From assembly GCA_032718475.1 (NCBI GenBank), contig JAUCBJ010001459.1, positions 1 to 47,080 of the forward strand: 47,080 nt of DNA, in the 5' to 3' direction. Position 1 is the first letter of the stretch. Each line of letters opens with the position of its first letter. The stretch is from Nemertoderma westbladi (taxonomy: Eukaryota > Animalia > Xenacoelomorpha). Made by a program: the position numbers and the translations under genes. Below, piece by piece: positions 1-12,285 of this stretch. A model generated the notes under the pieces. That model was not told the DNA's origin. It was given only the letters and a program-made list of their open reading frames with translations, and did not search any database.

Positions 1-1423
1 GCGGCGCTCGCTAGCCTGAATATAAACTCCTTATAATGTGGATAAACTCATATATAGCAGACATGACGGAGTTGATAGAAGATGTTCTTGGTATCGGGGA
101 GCGATATACTCTACTTTTGCAAGCGTTTGTTTATAGCTTAATACGCGGCGACGTTAGTCCAACTGCTGCGGAGGACGATGGTCGTTATATCGAACCGCCA
201 ATGTCCCAAGAGCAGCTCGCGCGAGTTGGACTATAGAAAATTCGCTGCTCGATATACGCGGCGTAATGGTATGTATATGGGCTTCTTAACTACTGGTCAT
301 TCTATCGATTTACACAATACGGACTATGTCGACTATATATCCTGCCCAGCGGAGTCGGAACCATAAATTGAAATTCGAATGCGAAAATTCTATTCGAAAT
401 CGACTCGAAAGAAAAGACACTAAAGAAACAAATGGACGCGGTAACTCCAACGTATATTTGGAATTCTTGATAGAAGCATTGTAACAACAAATAAATATCA
501 CCCGCGTTTACCCTACCAGACGTGCGTCTTTGGTATTATTACGATAAATGCCCTAGACCCAACTAATAAACGGAAAGACATAAACATCCACGTAAACCGA
601 AACTTGTTGACGTATCACCTATGCTCACTCGGCTCGAACGATCCTGGAATAAACCTACGATCAGAGTCCCGGAACACTCGGTCACACCTCCTCATTTCTC
701 AGTTGGACCTCAGACCTGCGATCCTGGTGGTGTCGCGGATCCTCGCGGACGGTATTCACTGTTCAAGATCTAGTGCTACCCTAACAATTAATCGGTAACA
801 CTCCGACAGTGATTTCTAGCTAGCCGCCCATCTTACCTAGCCGGATTGTGACGCGGACACCTAATATCACTATCCAACCGTATGGTCGTCCACGTTTAAC
901 GCGATACAACCCCTCATCAAGGTAAAGGAGAGCGTTGTACGAAACGAGTTAAACGCTATTTTATAAAGATCAAAAAGGAAACCTGCGTTTGTTCAGATAA
1001 ACGTAAGTTATAACAGTAAGTCCAATCGATAAACGAATTGGCCTTATCTCAATTCGATTGGGAAAGCCAGAATCTCTAAGAAGTTATCGAACTTGGACGA
1101 TCCTATTCTCTGCGAGAGTTTTTGGATGAACGTATCCAGATACGAGCGGAGGAAAATCAGCTCGAGGAGAAGCATATTGAAACGGCAGATACCTCGACCA
1201 CAATCCTACACCTTCTGATGCAATTATATTGCACCCTTCGCCTAGGAGCTACAGCCCTCCTCGTAAAGTGGCTCCCCCCAAAGAGAAAAAGACTCTTGCT
1301 AGCCTCAAGAAACTGCGTAAACGCCGTCCGCGCAAGAAAGACTAACTGTTTAGAGTATCTTTATGTTTTAGAAACTGTGATTTTTATATTTTATAGACTG
1401 AAAATCCCATTTTCTGGGAGCGG
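1..1423 (+). mobile_element. 3' internal region of an LTR retrotransposon (upstream of its 3' LTR), with broken unrecognised ORFs
   Basis: Ends in purine-rich GGGAGCGG (PPT-like) immediately before the TGT start of the LTR at 1424. CpG-rich, coding-like sequence with only short ORF pieces and no integrase/RT motif recognised. Confidence 0.55.
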
Positions 1424-2680
1424 TGTAAAAGCCTTTGCTGAATTGCCCCGTTATTTTTATTATCTTTTACATTAAAATACTCTGTAGTTGATTTAATAAG
1501 TGTAAGAGACCGTATTATTGCTGTATCGGTGTTTTTAGAGGATCTAAGACCTATTTCCTCCGTATGTGTACTGTGAAAGGCATATTTTTATGATTCTATG
1601 GCAATTCGTGACGCAAAAGGGTGATAGCTACTCTTGAACAGTAGTTACTATGACTACGGTTAACAGCTGACATTCATACGTGTTGATTTCCTTTGTTCTA
1701 CGGCGTCTCTCAGTTCAGTCAGCCAATGAGAGCGTTTTTGTGGCTCCTTGTACAGAAAATTTCCGAGAAATGACGCAATGCCTATGTGCAGTGTTTACAT
1801 TCAGTCTTGAGCCAAAGAAAGAACGGCTTGGAAGTATTTTTGTGCTGTACTGCTTTTTAGTCGTACACTAGTAGGTTTAATTATAAAGGGCATATATCCT
1901 TTAACTGCGGACTGCTGCAATTTAACATACCTGATGACTGCTGACTGATCATACATGCTGACTGCTGAAACATTGCAAACTCATAACAATCAGTGTTTTC
2001 ATTGTTGTTTTATACTGCTATTTACCGTCAGTTCTTCATAATATGGTTGATGAATTATTATATTTGGAATAACGATAAACAACCCCGAAACCCAATGTTC
2101 TTGATATACCGAAGGTAAGAGAGAAGGGTTACAGATAAACGATTGTGACTTATGTTAAAGTGGTTTGAAGTGAATCTAATGTTATTTGATAGACCCTACA
2201 TGAGTCAGCCTGTGTTCCTTTTATATGTGACTAAAATCAGTGAAGATTGGCAGATTAGTGTGCAGTATTGTGCAGCATAGTGTATGAGTGAGTCTGTTAA
2301 AGAAGCAATTCCTAAAGAATGCGCCATATATGTGAATTATAATTAAGCCATATCGTTGTGAGTAGTTTAAGTCATAACTCTGTTTATGTAGATAAAGCGC
2401 CACGTCCTAAAGGAACTGTTAATATTACCGAAGGTGAATAATATTGTCAGAGATTATATAATACTGTCAGTCGAATAATACATTAGGCTTACATAGCAAT
2501 AAAAAATTAAACCGTCGAACCCAATCTCCCGGGAATATCCAGCGGGTGAATGGTCGCGCACGGATTGGTTTCGACTAGTGTAGTGAATCAAATACTTGTC
2601 ATAGACTAAAAAGCGATTTATTATCTAGAAGACATTCTAATTTGGCGGGTTAAACTGCCAAAGGTCTGAAAGCGCGAACA
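1424..2680 (+). mobile_element. LTR (TGT...ACA), probably the 3' LTR of a BEL/Pao-type element inserted into the minus-strand BEL pol
   Basis: Starts TGTAAAAGC and ends GGTTAAACTGCCAAAGGTCTGAAAGCGCGAACA. Both termini and internal blocks (ATTCCTAAAGAATG, AAAGGAACTGTT, TCGAATAATAC) match the solo LTR at 34072-35377. The host pol reading frame stops exactly at 2681. Confidence 0.8.
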
Positions 2681-2793
2681 CAGATAGAGATCTTTAACTC
2701 AGGATCATCCTCCCGAACCGATAATAAGGAAACATCAGTAGTTAATGGCCACTGAACTTGAGGTAGACAGAGGAATTCAGGTCCTCCCCACCA

Positions 2794-4289
2794 TCAGATA
2801 CAGTTCTTGAGGTCCTTGGCGCTCAGTCCCCTGCTAATATCATCAGCTGGATTAAGTGCACCAGCAATATGATGCCACATTTTTGGCATATTTATGTCTA
2901 GAATATGTGACACTCTGTTGGAAACATATTTCTTAAATGATTTTGAAGAATTAGTAATATATCCCATGACAACTGTGGAGTCTGTCCAACAATGAACTTG
3001 TCCAACATTCAGCCATAATTCTGACTGAACAATGTGAAACATGTCTACCAGGAGTACAGCTGCTTCAAGTTCCAATCTTGGTACCCGAGGCTTCATTGAT
3101 ATACTTACCACTTTGCCCTTCGCCATCACAAGGGATGATAAAACATCATTATCATGTGCACAGCGGAGATAACAAACTGCACCATAAGCATACTCTGAAG
3201 CATCGCAGATTAAATGTAATTGATACTGACAAGAAGATGGTAAACCTTGTCGAAATACCCGAGGTATTGAAATGTTTGATAATTCCGTAATCTGTGAAAT
3301 CCTCTTCAACCACTTTGGTTTAATAATTTCTGGAATGGTATCTTTCCAGTCGCAATCTGATCTCCAAATTTCTTGAAGTAGTAACTTCCCCTTGAGTACA
3401 AATGGAGCAAGAAAGTTCATAGGGTCGAAGATTGAAGATAGTTGACCAACACAACCTGCCTTTGTAAGTGGACGCAACTGTACCGATGCATCGAATGTGA
3501 AAACATCTTCTTCAGTATCCCATTTTACACCTAAGGCACGGCTCACAGGTAAGTTGTCTAAGTCTAAATCAACCAATGGACTGAGGGCATCTACATTTAA
3601 TGCCTTTAATAGTTCTTTACTATTTGAAAGAAACTTCTTCAATACAAATCCACCCTTTGCTAAACATTTAATTAATCCATGTGCGAGATCTATTGCTTCA
3701 CTAAGGGAGTCTAATGATGGTAGTCCATCATCCACATAGAATGATTCCTCGATGGCAGATTTACTGTATTCTCCAAACTCCTTAACATTGTCGCAAGCGC
3801 ATGACTTTAGAGCATGAACGGCAATACATTGAGAATCTCGTTTCCCAAATACATGCCTGAGCATCTGATACACATCAGTCTGATTAGAGTCTGGGTCCTT
3901 CCACAGGAAACGAAAACTAGCACTATCTGCATCTGTAACAAGGACCTGGTGATACATCCCTTCAATATCACACATAAACGCAATGCTTCCTTGACGAAAT
4001 TGCAGTAAAACTCCAACCAATAAGTGAGTTGACATGGCCCATCATATAGCTCCGAGTTTAAACACATGTTTTTATATTTTGCCATTGCATCATTTACAAT
4101 TCTGATCTTATTAGGTTTCGATTCATGCTCCAAAAAGTGATGGGGCAAGTAATACGTTTGGTTTGATGAAATCCCGGCTGCTTCGGGGCCTAATTTGATG
4201 GCATATCCTTTCTCCACATAATCACTTATCTGTTTGTGATATAACAAGTATTTATTCTTATCCTTTTCAAAACGTTGTAATAATTGCAT
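2794..4289 (-). pseudogene. BEL/Pao reverse transcriptase and RNase H (Pao peptidase A17-type region), frameshifted
   Basis: ORFs 3807..4289 (YYLPHH, KIRIV) and 2794..4035 (FYVDD, DAS..AYG, WTDS, NPAD). A premature stop is followed by WWGGPEFL. Confidence 0.92.
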
Positions 4290-4291
4290 AA

Positions 4292-5846
4292 CCCTATTAA
4301 ACCCGGGGGGGGGGTCAATATGACCCCTCCCGTGGTTTTTTTATTATAATTCTGAAACAAACGCAGTTGGGAATCTGAAATTTTATGACTTTTCCTAAAA
4401 ATCTATTGTCTTCCTAGTAGTGAAAACCGTTTTCAAAAATATTGGGTACTTTTCGAGTTATAGCGCCATTTTTTAACCCTACTTTTGGCACTTTTTTTGA
4501 GACGTTTTTTGAAAATTACATTTCATTAAATATGAATTGTAACATCTCTATTTTTTATTTACACGGGTTTTTTGGTGTTAGAAATTTGATGGAATTCATA
4601 TAAATTGATTTAGAAATTTTAAACTTGTTTTTTTCGGTGGGTGCCAAATTTTGGTGCCAGCACCAAATTTTGAAATAAGTCAATTTTGTAAATTGATCGT
4701 TTGAAACTTGTTTTTTACGCAATTGGGGTTTTTTGGGTTTCTGGATTCGAAGAAATATATACGAGTTGCACGAAGCGTATCAAACTTGTATTTTTCGGTG
4801 CTGTGTGCAAATTTTGGTGCTAGCACGAAATTTTGAAAATCCATTCAATAGATAAAATTGCTTGTGAGAATTTATTTCTTGCGTTTTAGAGGTTTATGGC
4901 TGTTCTGAATTCAATGGAAAATATAATTATCGAACTAGACATCTCAAACTTGTATTTTTCGGATGTGGGTGCAAAATGTGGTGCTAGCACCAAATTTTGA
5001 AAACCATCAAATATATCAATTGATTGTGTCACCTTGTTTCTTGCGTTATATGGGTTTGTGATGGTTCTGAATTCAATGGAATCAGTAAAAATTTCATAAG
5101 AGTTGTCAAACTTGTATTTTTCGCCGGTGGGTGAAAATTGTTGTGCCAGCACCAAATTTTGGAAAATATGCAAATTGATAAGTAGATAGTATCACCTTGT
5201 TTCTTGCGTTATACGGGTTTATGAGGGTCCCCTGAATCCGATGGAATCAATAAAAACTGCACTGGACATCGCAAACTTGTACTTTTTGGTGATGGGTACG
5301 AAATTTGGTGCTAGCACCAAAATTTGCCAAATTACGCCGAAAAATACAAGTAGCAATGATCTAGCATATTAGAAATGTATTCCATTAGAATCAGCGCCCT
5401 CAAAAACCTGAAAATGTGAATTTATAGCATCGTATAAGTGAATTAAAAATTTTGTGTTCTAACTGAAAAGTGCTGGTTACTTGTTTTTTTCATTTTTTTC
5501 CTACGCAGAGAGGACTAAACAGCCATTTATAGTAATCATATCATTTTTTAATATTTTCCAATGTATTTTACACCCCAGAAAACCTGTATTGAAAAATAAT
5601 TAGCCGAAAATGTAACTTTCAAATTTGGTGAAAATTGTGCACTACTTGTAATTTTGGTGCTGCAATATAACCACCCCAGTACATTTTTTCGAAATTTTTT
5701 TTTTTCGGTCGGATCCAGACAAGTGATACCTACGTACAAACAAAAAATCAGACGTTTTCGTAAATATTTGTAGATTTTAGAGGGGGGGGTCAATATGACC
5801 CCCTCCCGGTATTTGTACAACATTTTATAGCCCGGTACTAATAGGG
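4292..5846. mobile_element. Non-autonomous piggyBac-type DNA transposon, copy 1 (1555 bp)
   Basis: CCCTATTA...TAATAGGG termini flanked by ATAA and TTAA. Subterminal GGGGTCAATATGACCCC motif and internal ~120-bp repeats containing the palindrome GGTGCTAGCACC. A near-identical inverted copy lies at 37821-39377. Confidence 0.9.
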
Positions 5847-6080
5847 TTAAGACATCTTTTAGCTAAAGCATAATTGTTTATAAGTTTCGGTGGACGATTG
5901 CGCCATAACATAGAGACGCAATACCTCCCATCTACCAATGTCGTGGTTTCATTGAGAATTTTTAAAGCCTCGATACTATCGCGAGAAATAACGAAATCCT
6001 CCTCGTCTGAGTCTTTAACACCGACAGACTCTAAACCCAATGATTGTTTTATCATCCCTAAAGTGCTCGGATCTATTAAG

Positions 6081-7083
6081 TCTGTCTCTAAGTGGTTTAA
6101 TTGTATGACTCGAATTGATTGTCTCAAAGGGTTTATCAGAAGTGACAGAAGGTTTTGTACTTAAAGGGATCTTGCCTAGTAAACAATACCCGAAGGGTGT
6201 TCTCACAATTGAAGGACCAACTGAGTTACATGAAATGATAGGTTCTTCTACAATTGCTTCCTGATAATCTCTACCGATAAGAACAGTTATTGTGACGGGA
6301 TCCGAGAATCCCGATTTATCCCGGTTATCTTGACTACGCGTCCCCGCCGTGTGCGTGAAAAGAGTTCTGGTGTTATTGAGTTACTCTGACTATTGTTGAC
6401 AACGTATATATAATATATGTATAATGAAGTATAAGCACAGTTGGAATAACGTTGGAATGAATGAGTACCGGTAATGTACTGAATGATGATGGCGGCAGTG
6501 GACAGGGATGGTGTTAAGAGTTCCCGTTCTGCCCTAACTAACTGACTAACTAAAGTGAATGAAATGACACAGCAACTGGTAATATATTGCACTGGTTGGC
6601 CGTATTGCATTACTCAGTGGATGCCTGCCCTCCGTTGGCTAATAACCCAATTCTCGACCTCCCATCTCTCTGGGAGTGTTTCCCCCGGCTGCTGTCACTC
6701 TCTCCCTCCCGGAGGTGTAACCTCTGACCCCCGCTGTGTGTGTGTCCCTTTGGGCTTTGTTGCCCCGTTTATTGGGGTGATACGAGGTTGATCGGCAATC
6801 AACCTCGTACTCCCAATATTGCTTAAAGCTCCTGCTTGGCCCAACTTTGTGTGGGGTGGTTAGCGGAATTGAATCTGTCTCTAAGTGGTTTAATTGTATG
6901 ACTCGAATTGATTGTCTCAAAGGGTTTATCAGAAGTGACAGAAGGTTTTGTACTTAAAGGGATCTTGCCTAGTAAACAATACCCAAAGGGTGTTCTCACA
7001 ATTGAAGGACCAACTGAGTTACATGAAATGATAGGTTCTTCTACAATTGCTTCCTGATAATCCCTACTGATAAGAACAGTTAT
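6081..7083. repeat. 210-bp direct duplication (6081-6290 and 6874-7083) of BEL pol flanking a 583-bp insert
   Basis: The two copies differ at about 3 positions by eye. The same peptides appear twice in the ORF track (RTPFGYCLLGKIPLSTK, MRQSIRVIQLNHLETD). Confidence 0.9.
6291..6873 (-). mobile_element. Truncated LTR-like insert
   Basis: One end reads TGTGACGGG (…CCCGTCACA on the minus strand), an LTR-type terminus. The other terminus is absent and the insert is noncoding. Confidence 0.45.
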
Positions 7084-7488
7084 ACTAGAACTATCTATAT
7101 CACCTACATGTAAATCCTTTACATAAGGATGTAACTGTGGAAACTGAGATAAATCAGCCCTATTTATATCATTTGTAAATTGACTTCGAAAATTCTCTAC
7201 CACGAGTACATTATTTGCAGTTAGACAATATTTATTGTCGCTGCCACTCCTATTAATAAGAGGAGATATTAAGCAGTTAATTATTCCTGCTTTATGTACA
7301 CTAGTAGAAAATATTCCCTTTGTACGAATATTAATTTCATTTTTGATGGGAATGTTTAGTTTATTTAATACATATTTATCTACCAAAGTTGTGGTTGAGC
7401 CTCCATCTAGTAAGGCATAAGTGGATACTGATTTGTTGTCCACTGTTATGCATATTGGCACAATGGACAACCATACTGCATTATCCAT
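6823..7488 (-). pseudogene. BEL/Pao aspartic protease region
   Basis: VPI...TYALLDGGSTTTLV motif and downstream RTPFGYCLLG, both typical of BEL pol. Confidence 0.85.
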
Positions 7489-7589
7489 AGGGATTTTGGC
7501 AGCATGTATCTCAACGTAATTGTCTGACTCAATTGTTTCACAAATATTAATATTTGCCGGTTTATTTCGGATGACTGCTGCTAATTCCA

Positions 7590-10430
7590 GGGGCCAGTGA
7601 AAGACCCGGTTATGCTTTTTACTACAGCCATTAATATTACATGTATTCTTTTTGGCAGTATCTAAAGGTCATTTTATGACCTTTAGCTGAACATTGATAA
7701 CAAATTATGTTGCTCAACATCCAATCAGTCTGAGACTCTATATTTTTCAGATTAAATTTTGGACAATGACGTAATTGATGAGATTCCTCACAGTAACAGC
7801 ACTGAACTCCTTTTTTCAGTCTTAAACTGCTATGAGATGGCTCAACTGAGGAAGTAGCTGTTTTGCCATCATCTGAAGACACTGTAGTGGTACTCGGCTT
7901 AAGACTTCCTTTCTGTGGGGCCTTCAGAGTATTACCCTTGTTACTCTGCCCAGTTTGTTTATTTGGGTATTGAGAAACAACAGCATGATTCACAGTTGTA
8001 ATTTTTGATACTGCGGCACTGATCGAATCCTGCTTCGCTTCACATTCCAATCATAGCTGGCTTAGCTGAACCTTCCTTTGATAGACTGGTGGGTGGTTCA
8101 GCATAAACGGCATCATTCATGACATCTGATTCCTCCTTAATATACAAGGTTAGTTCTACCAGGGTTGGTTCTCGCTGAGACTGTCTGCGAATCATTGCTA
8201 CTCGTCTCTTCCATCGGTTAAACATCCACATTTCAAAGTTATTGACGATTCGCTTTAAGTTTTCAGAAGAGTTAATTTCACTTGTGGAGTTAAAGTATTG
8301 TAAGACTAAGACTTTTTGGATTATATTATCCGAATAATCTCTAAGGTTCTGTCTGCGTTCGTCATAACTTCCACTATGGAGGTCCACCTTATTTGTAAGT
8401 TTATTTATAATACTTTGAATTATGACACTAGGGTGACCATAACGGTCATGTAAAATATTCCATGCCGCATGGTAACCACCAGGCATACCGACAAAAGACT
8501 TAACTAATTTAAGTGGTATTGGTCCTAGGTAACTTTTCAGAGCTAAAATTTTTTCAGCTTACAGCAGTATCTGTAAGCTTCTGAGTCTCGACATTAGAAA
8601 TAAATGAGCAACAAAATTAATATAGTCATCTGCATTACCATTAAACTGCTGTGTCTCTTCTTGGGGGAGAGACATTTTTGTGTTTAGACGTTCAATTGCG
8701 GCTATATTCATAGCATTCAAACATTGGAATGCTGTTAACATCTCAGAGTTCAAATTACTTGGACTAGAACTTCCCAATCCTAGACTAGGTACTGAACTGT
8801 TCATTGGCATATTTTGGCCAGGAAATAATCATGATGCAGATGTATTATTATTTAAATGGTGTACCGGATTGTTATGGTACAAGTTCTGAAATATTGAACT
8901 ATTGTTAGCAAACATTGTCGAAACTGGATTATTAGGAGCATTCCCATATAAGCCTACACCTGAATTTGACGCCAGCATATTCAATGATGTAGGGGGAATT
9001 ATAAATCCCATATTTTGACCAGGTTGCGAAAACAATGACTGATTCCCATAATTGGAATTCCTACTTAAAGGATGCACAGCACTGCCTGTATTATTATTAC
9101 TAACAATTCCAGTAGGCATATGCCTACTTGATACAGATGGAAATGATGTGGGTACAATGGGAATGTATTACCTAAACAGTTAGGAGCATTAGCCCCGGTA
9201 CTACTAGATGAATTATAACATGGGTCATTACCATTAGATAAACCCCCATAGTAGACTACTTCTCAATGGCTCTGACAAACTCTGTAATAACGTATTAGGT
9301 AATAACGGATTCCCATTATTGTGTATTTGTTGAGAGGGTAAATTATTGGCCACTAGACTACTGGCTAAACTTATAACATTAGAAGACATGCCAATACTGA
9401 AAGTTGGCCTATTTACAGGTAAATTATGATTTAGTAAATTACTACCGGTATTCAATATAGGCCTAGTGTACGCATTGGTGGTTTCAACTGCTCGTTTTGT
9501 ACATGTAAATGGTACAAACTCCGGGGCAGTTGCACTTATTCTTGGCGTACTTGAAAACAAAGTCGGATTGGGCTAGTATACACTCCTTTCAATGGGCTCA
9601 CTAAAGGCTTGTGAAATATGCGATTGGGTATGTGTATCTGCAGCTATATTATAATATGTGTTATCAATACCCCTTTCAATACTGGTACATGTGCCAGGGT
9701 CATCAGGTTCTAAAACAGATTCACCTGGCCTGTATTCCAATAGTGGAGCCGATGGATTTGAAATGTTTCCACTGGATAATTGATCCAATGGTTGACATAT
9801 CACCAGTGATTGGTCTACTACCCCAGTCCCAGTGCTTGCAGGACCAGTTTCATTGCTGGTATCCTGCCAGCCACTTCCTCTGCTTTCCAGTTGTCCATCT
9901 TCAATGGAGTTATCATTCTCATCTTCTCGACTGAATTGACAATTTAACTTAGCGTTTTCGACTTCGTCTCTAGCTCTTTGCAACGCAATTTCTTCTTCCA
10001 GTTGGCGCTGTCTAATTGCCTTAGCTTTAATTCTTGAACTTTTTGCTTTTGTATAGAACGACGCACACGAGAAGCACTAGCTACTGTTGCACGTGAGGAT
10101 GACTCTGATACATCAGAACATGAAATGGAACAAACTTCATCATTATCGTCACACTGCGTCAAAGTTAATTGATGATTGCCAGCTGTTTCGAAGATGCGTT
10201 CGATTTCAACCATTTTACATCGCAATTCTACTAAGACACTTTGCAACTCACTTTTATATATTTCAGATTCCTGAAAGGCTCCCAAACCTTCCAGATTGTC
10301 AATGGCTGAAATATAAAGATCGTGTATTTTTGCTATGATATTCACAGCTATTTGATGGCGCTCTAATAAGGGCAAGTCTAAAAGGGCCTTGTAGTAATTA
10401 ACAGGCCTTCTGCGTTCAGTTTATTAAATT
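7590..10430 (-). pseudogene. BEL/Pao gag (coiled-coil N-terminus, long N/S/P-rich linker, DUF1759-like core, triple Zn knuckle)
   Basis: Collinear ORF fragments: FNGNADDYINF, YHAAWNILHDRYGHP, and three Cys/His knuckles. Confidence 0.85.
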
Positions 10431-10716
10431 GAGCAATTAAAAGCGATAAAGATTATTTGACGATATAATTTAATATTTTAAAATAATTTTATATTTTATA
10501 TTATTAAAGCTCAATTTAACTACTAAGAAATATATTAGCCAAATATAGTAGATATAAAACACCTTATAGCACAAAGTACAAATTGCACCACTCTAAAGGG
10601 CCCAACACCAAGCTTTTTAAAGCTCAATTGTTAATATCTAATTAATTGTTCGTTTTGCAAATGTTATTTTCAGAGCAAAGCTAATGGTGGTTCACAGCCT
10701 TCACTGGAGACGAAGA

Positions 10717-11060
10717 TGTTTTTATTGTCAACCAGTTCGTTTGTTCTCTACACATTCAGTCTTCTATTATCTATCCATTAGTCGACTGCAAAAATATGTT
10801 ATCAACAATGGTGAAAGGAAATAATAATGAAAATTGTCAGACATTATACTAACACTGAATGTACAGTATCTCAAATTATATTCGTTATCACACGTCATTA
10901 TTATATTATTCACACGTACCATATTTGTCTGTAATTATATTTGATTGTGAATACAATCTTCAAACTGCAGAATTTAATTTCACTGGTAAACAACTCTAGG
11001 TAGGCCGCCTACAAGTAAAATAAAAGTAGGTCTACTACCTGTACTTTTAAGTATACAACA
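10717..11060 (-). mobile_element. Candidate 5' LTR of the BEL element
   Basis: TGTT...AACA termini just upstream of gag, with AATAAA near its minus-strand end. No partner LTR in the window to confirm it. Confidence 0.35.
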
Positions 11061-11087
11061 GCAAAATAAAATGTTAATAATATAGTA

Positions 11088-11235
11088 ATATTCCGACTCG
11101 GCAGGGACTCCAACTCGGCTCCTCCAACTCGGGAGGACTCCAGCTCAGCTCCTCCCACCCAAGAGGACTTCTACTCGGCATCTCCAACCCCGGAGGACTC
11201 CAACTCGGCCCCTCCAACCCCGGAGGACCCCATAC
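11088..11235 (+). repeat. 30-bp GC-rich tandem repeat (~4.5 copies)
   Basis: Unit ~GGACTCCAACTCGGCTCCTCCAACTCGGGA, directly upstream of the LINE RT fragment. Confidence 0.85.
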
Positions 11236-12250
11236 CCCGCATCCCTTACCAACTAGATTTTCTGAAATATCCACTGCTGAAGCTAAGAGATTAATTATTG
11301 ACTCAAAATCTAAAACAAGTCCTACTGACCCACTACCTACTCGCCTATTGAAACTATCACTATCAGCATTGTTAGGTGTTATAACTATCATTATCAACAC
11401 ATCTTTAACGAAGGCGATAGTCCTGCAACACTTTAAAGATGCCGTGTTGTCCCCAGTGTTAAAGAAAGCTCGCTTGAATGTGGAAGTTCTCAAAAACTGT
11501 AGACCAATATCAAACTTGTTATACCTATCTAAACTGACAGAAAGGGTTGTAGCAGACCAGCTGATACATCATATGAATGTGCTGCACTTACATGAACCGC
11601 ACCAGAGCGCTTATAAACAGTATCACAGCACAGAAACTGCCCTCATAAGAGTCAATAATGATATACTCAGGGGCATAGACAACGGCTCAGCCTGTTTACT
11701 TGTCATGCTTGACTTGGGTGCAGCATTTGACACAGTCGAACACAACCTACTACTAGGGATTCTAGAACAGGATATTGGAGTTAGGGGTGACGCCCTTAAA
11801 TGGTTCACATCTTACCTATCCTGTCGTTCACAGAAGGTGCGAATAGGAAGTTTGTATTCAGTAAGTCTACCCTTAATCTATGACTTACCCCAAGGATCAG
11901 TTCTTGGTCCCATTCTGTTTACAATCTACACACGATCTCTCGCAACTGTTATTAAAAAACACGGCCTGTCATATTATCTATATGCAGATGATATTCAACT
12001 TTACATTGTTTTCGAACGCAAAGAGCTAAGCCGAGCAGTGGAGATAACAGAGGAATGTTTAAGAGAGATAAGGAACTGGATGAACAGATACCTGCTCAAA
12101 ATGAACCCTACAAAACAGAGGTCACTTTACTTCAATCTCGCTTTGGAGAACAAATTACCCCAACCACAATTAAGGTTGGTGAAGACTTGTCACCTGCAGC
12201 CAACTGTCAACTTCCATCAACTATCGTTTATTGTCATCTCTGTAACCTAA
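11230..12250 (+). pseudogene. L2/CR1-clade LINE reverse transcriptase fragment, truncated at both ends
   Basis: DPLPTRLLK, RPISNLLYLSKLTERVV, QSAYK..HSTETAL, LDLGAAFDTV, PQGSVLGP, YADD. Frameshift after KMNP. Confidence 0.93.
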
Positions 12251-12285
12251 CCTGCCTGGTTTTGTAGGCTACTACTAGGATCGGT

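Larger units (their letters stand above)
2681..10430 (-). mobile_element. Decayed BEL/Pao LTR retrotransposon, gag-pol region (integrase not in window)
   Basis: Gag Zn knuckles CYCEESHQLRHC, CYQCSAKGH and a third C/H cluster near 7600-7640. Protease YALLDGGS. RT CDIEGMYHQV and FYVDD. RNase H LICDASEYAYG, PRLELEAA, WTDS, NPADDISRG. Many stops and frameshifts, plus nested insertions. Confidence 0.95.

Noticed and set aside
1931-1975. Hammerhead ribozyme core (CTGATGA...GAAA)
   Set aside because: The intervening sequence is a CTGCTGA direct repeat and cannot form stem II.
1501-2493. Alternative LTR boundaries TGTAAG...CTTACA
   Set aside because: There is no TSD, and homology with the TSD-bounded solo LTR extends to 1424 and 2680.
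4886-5823. Duplicated 91-109-aa ORFs (also at 37844-39151) as a transposase
   Set aside because: They are translations of internal repeats of the non-autonomous element and show no DDD/DDE motifs.
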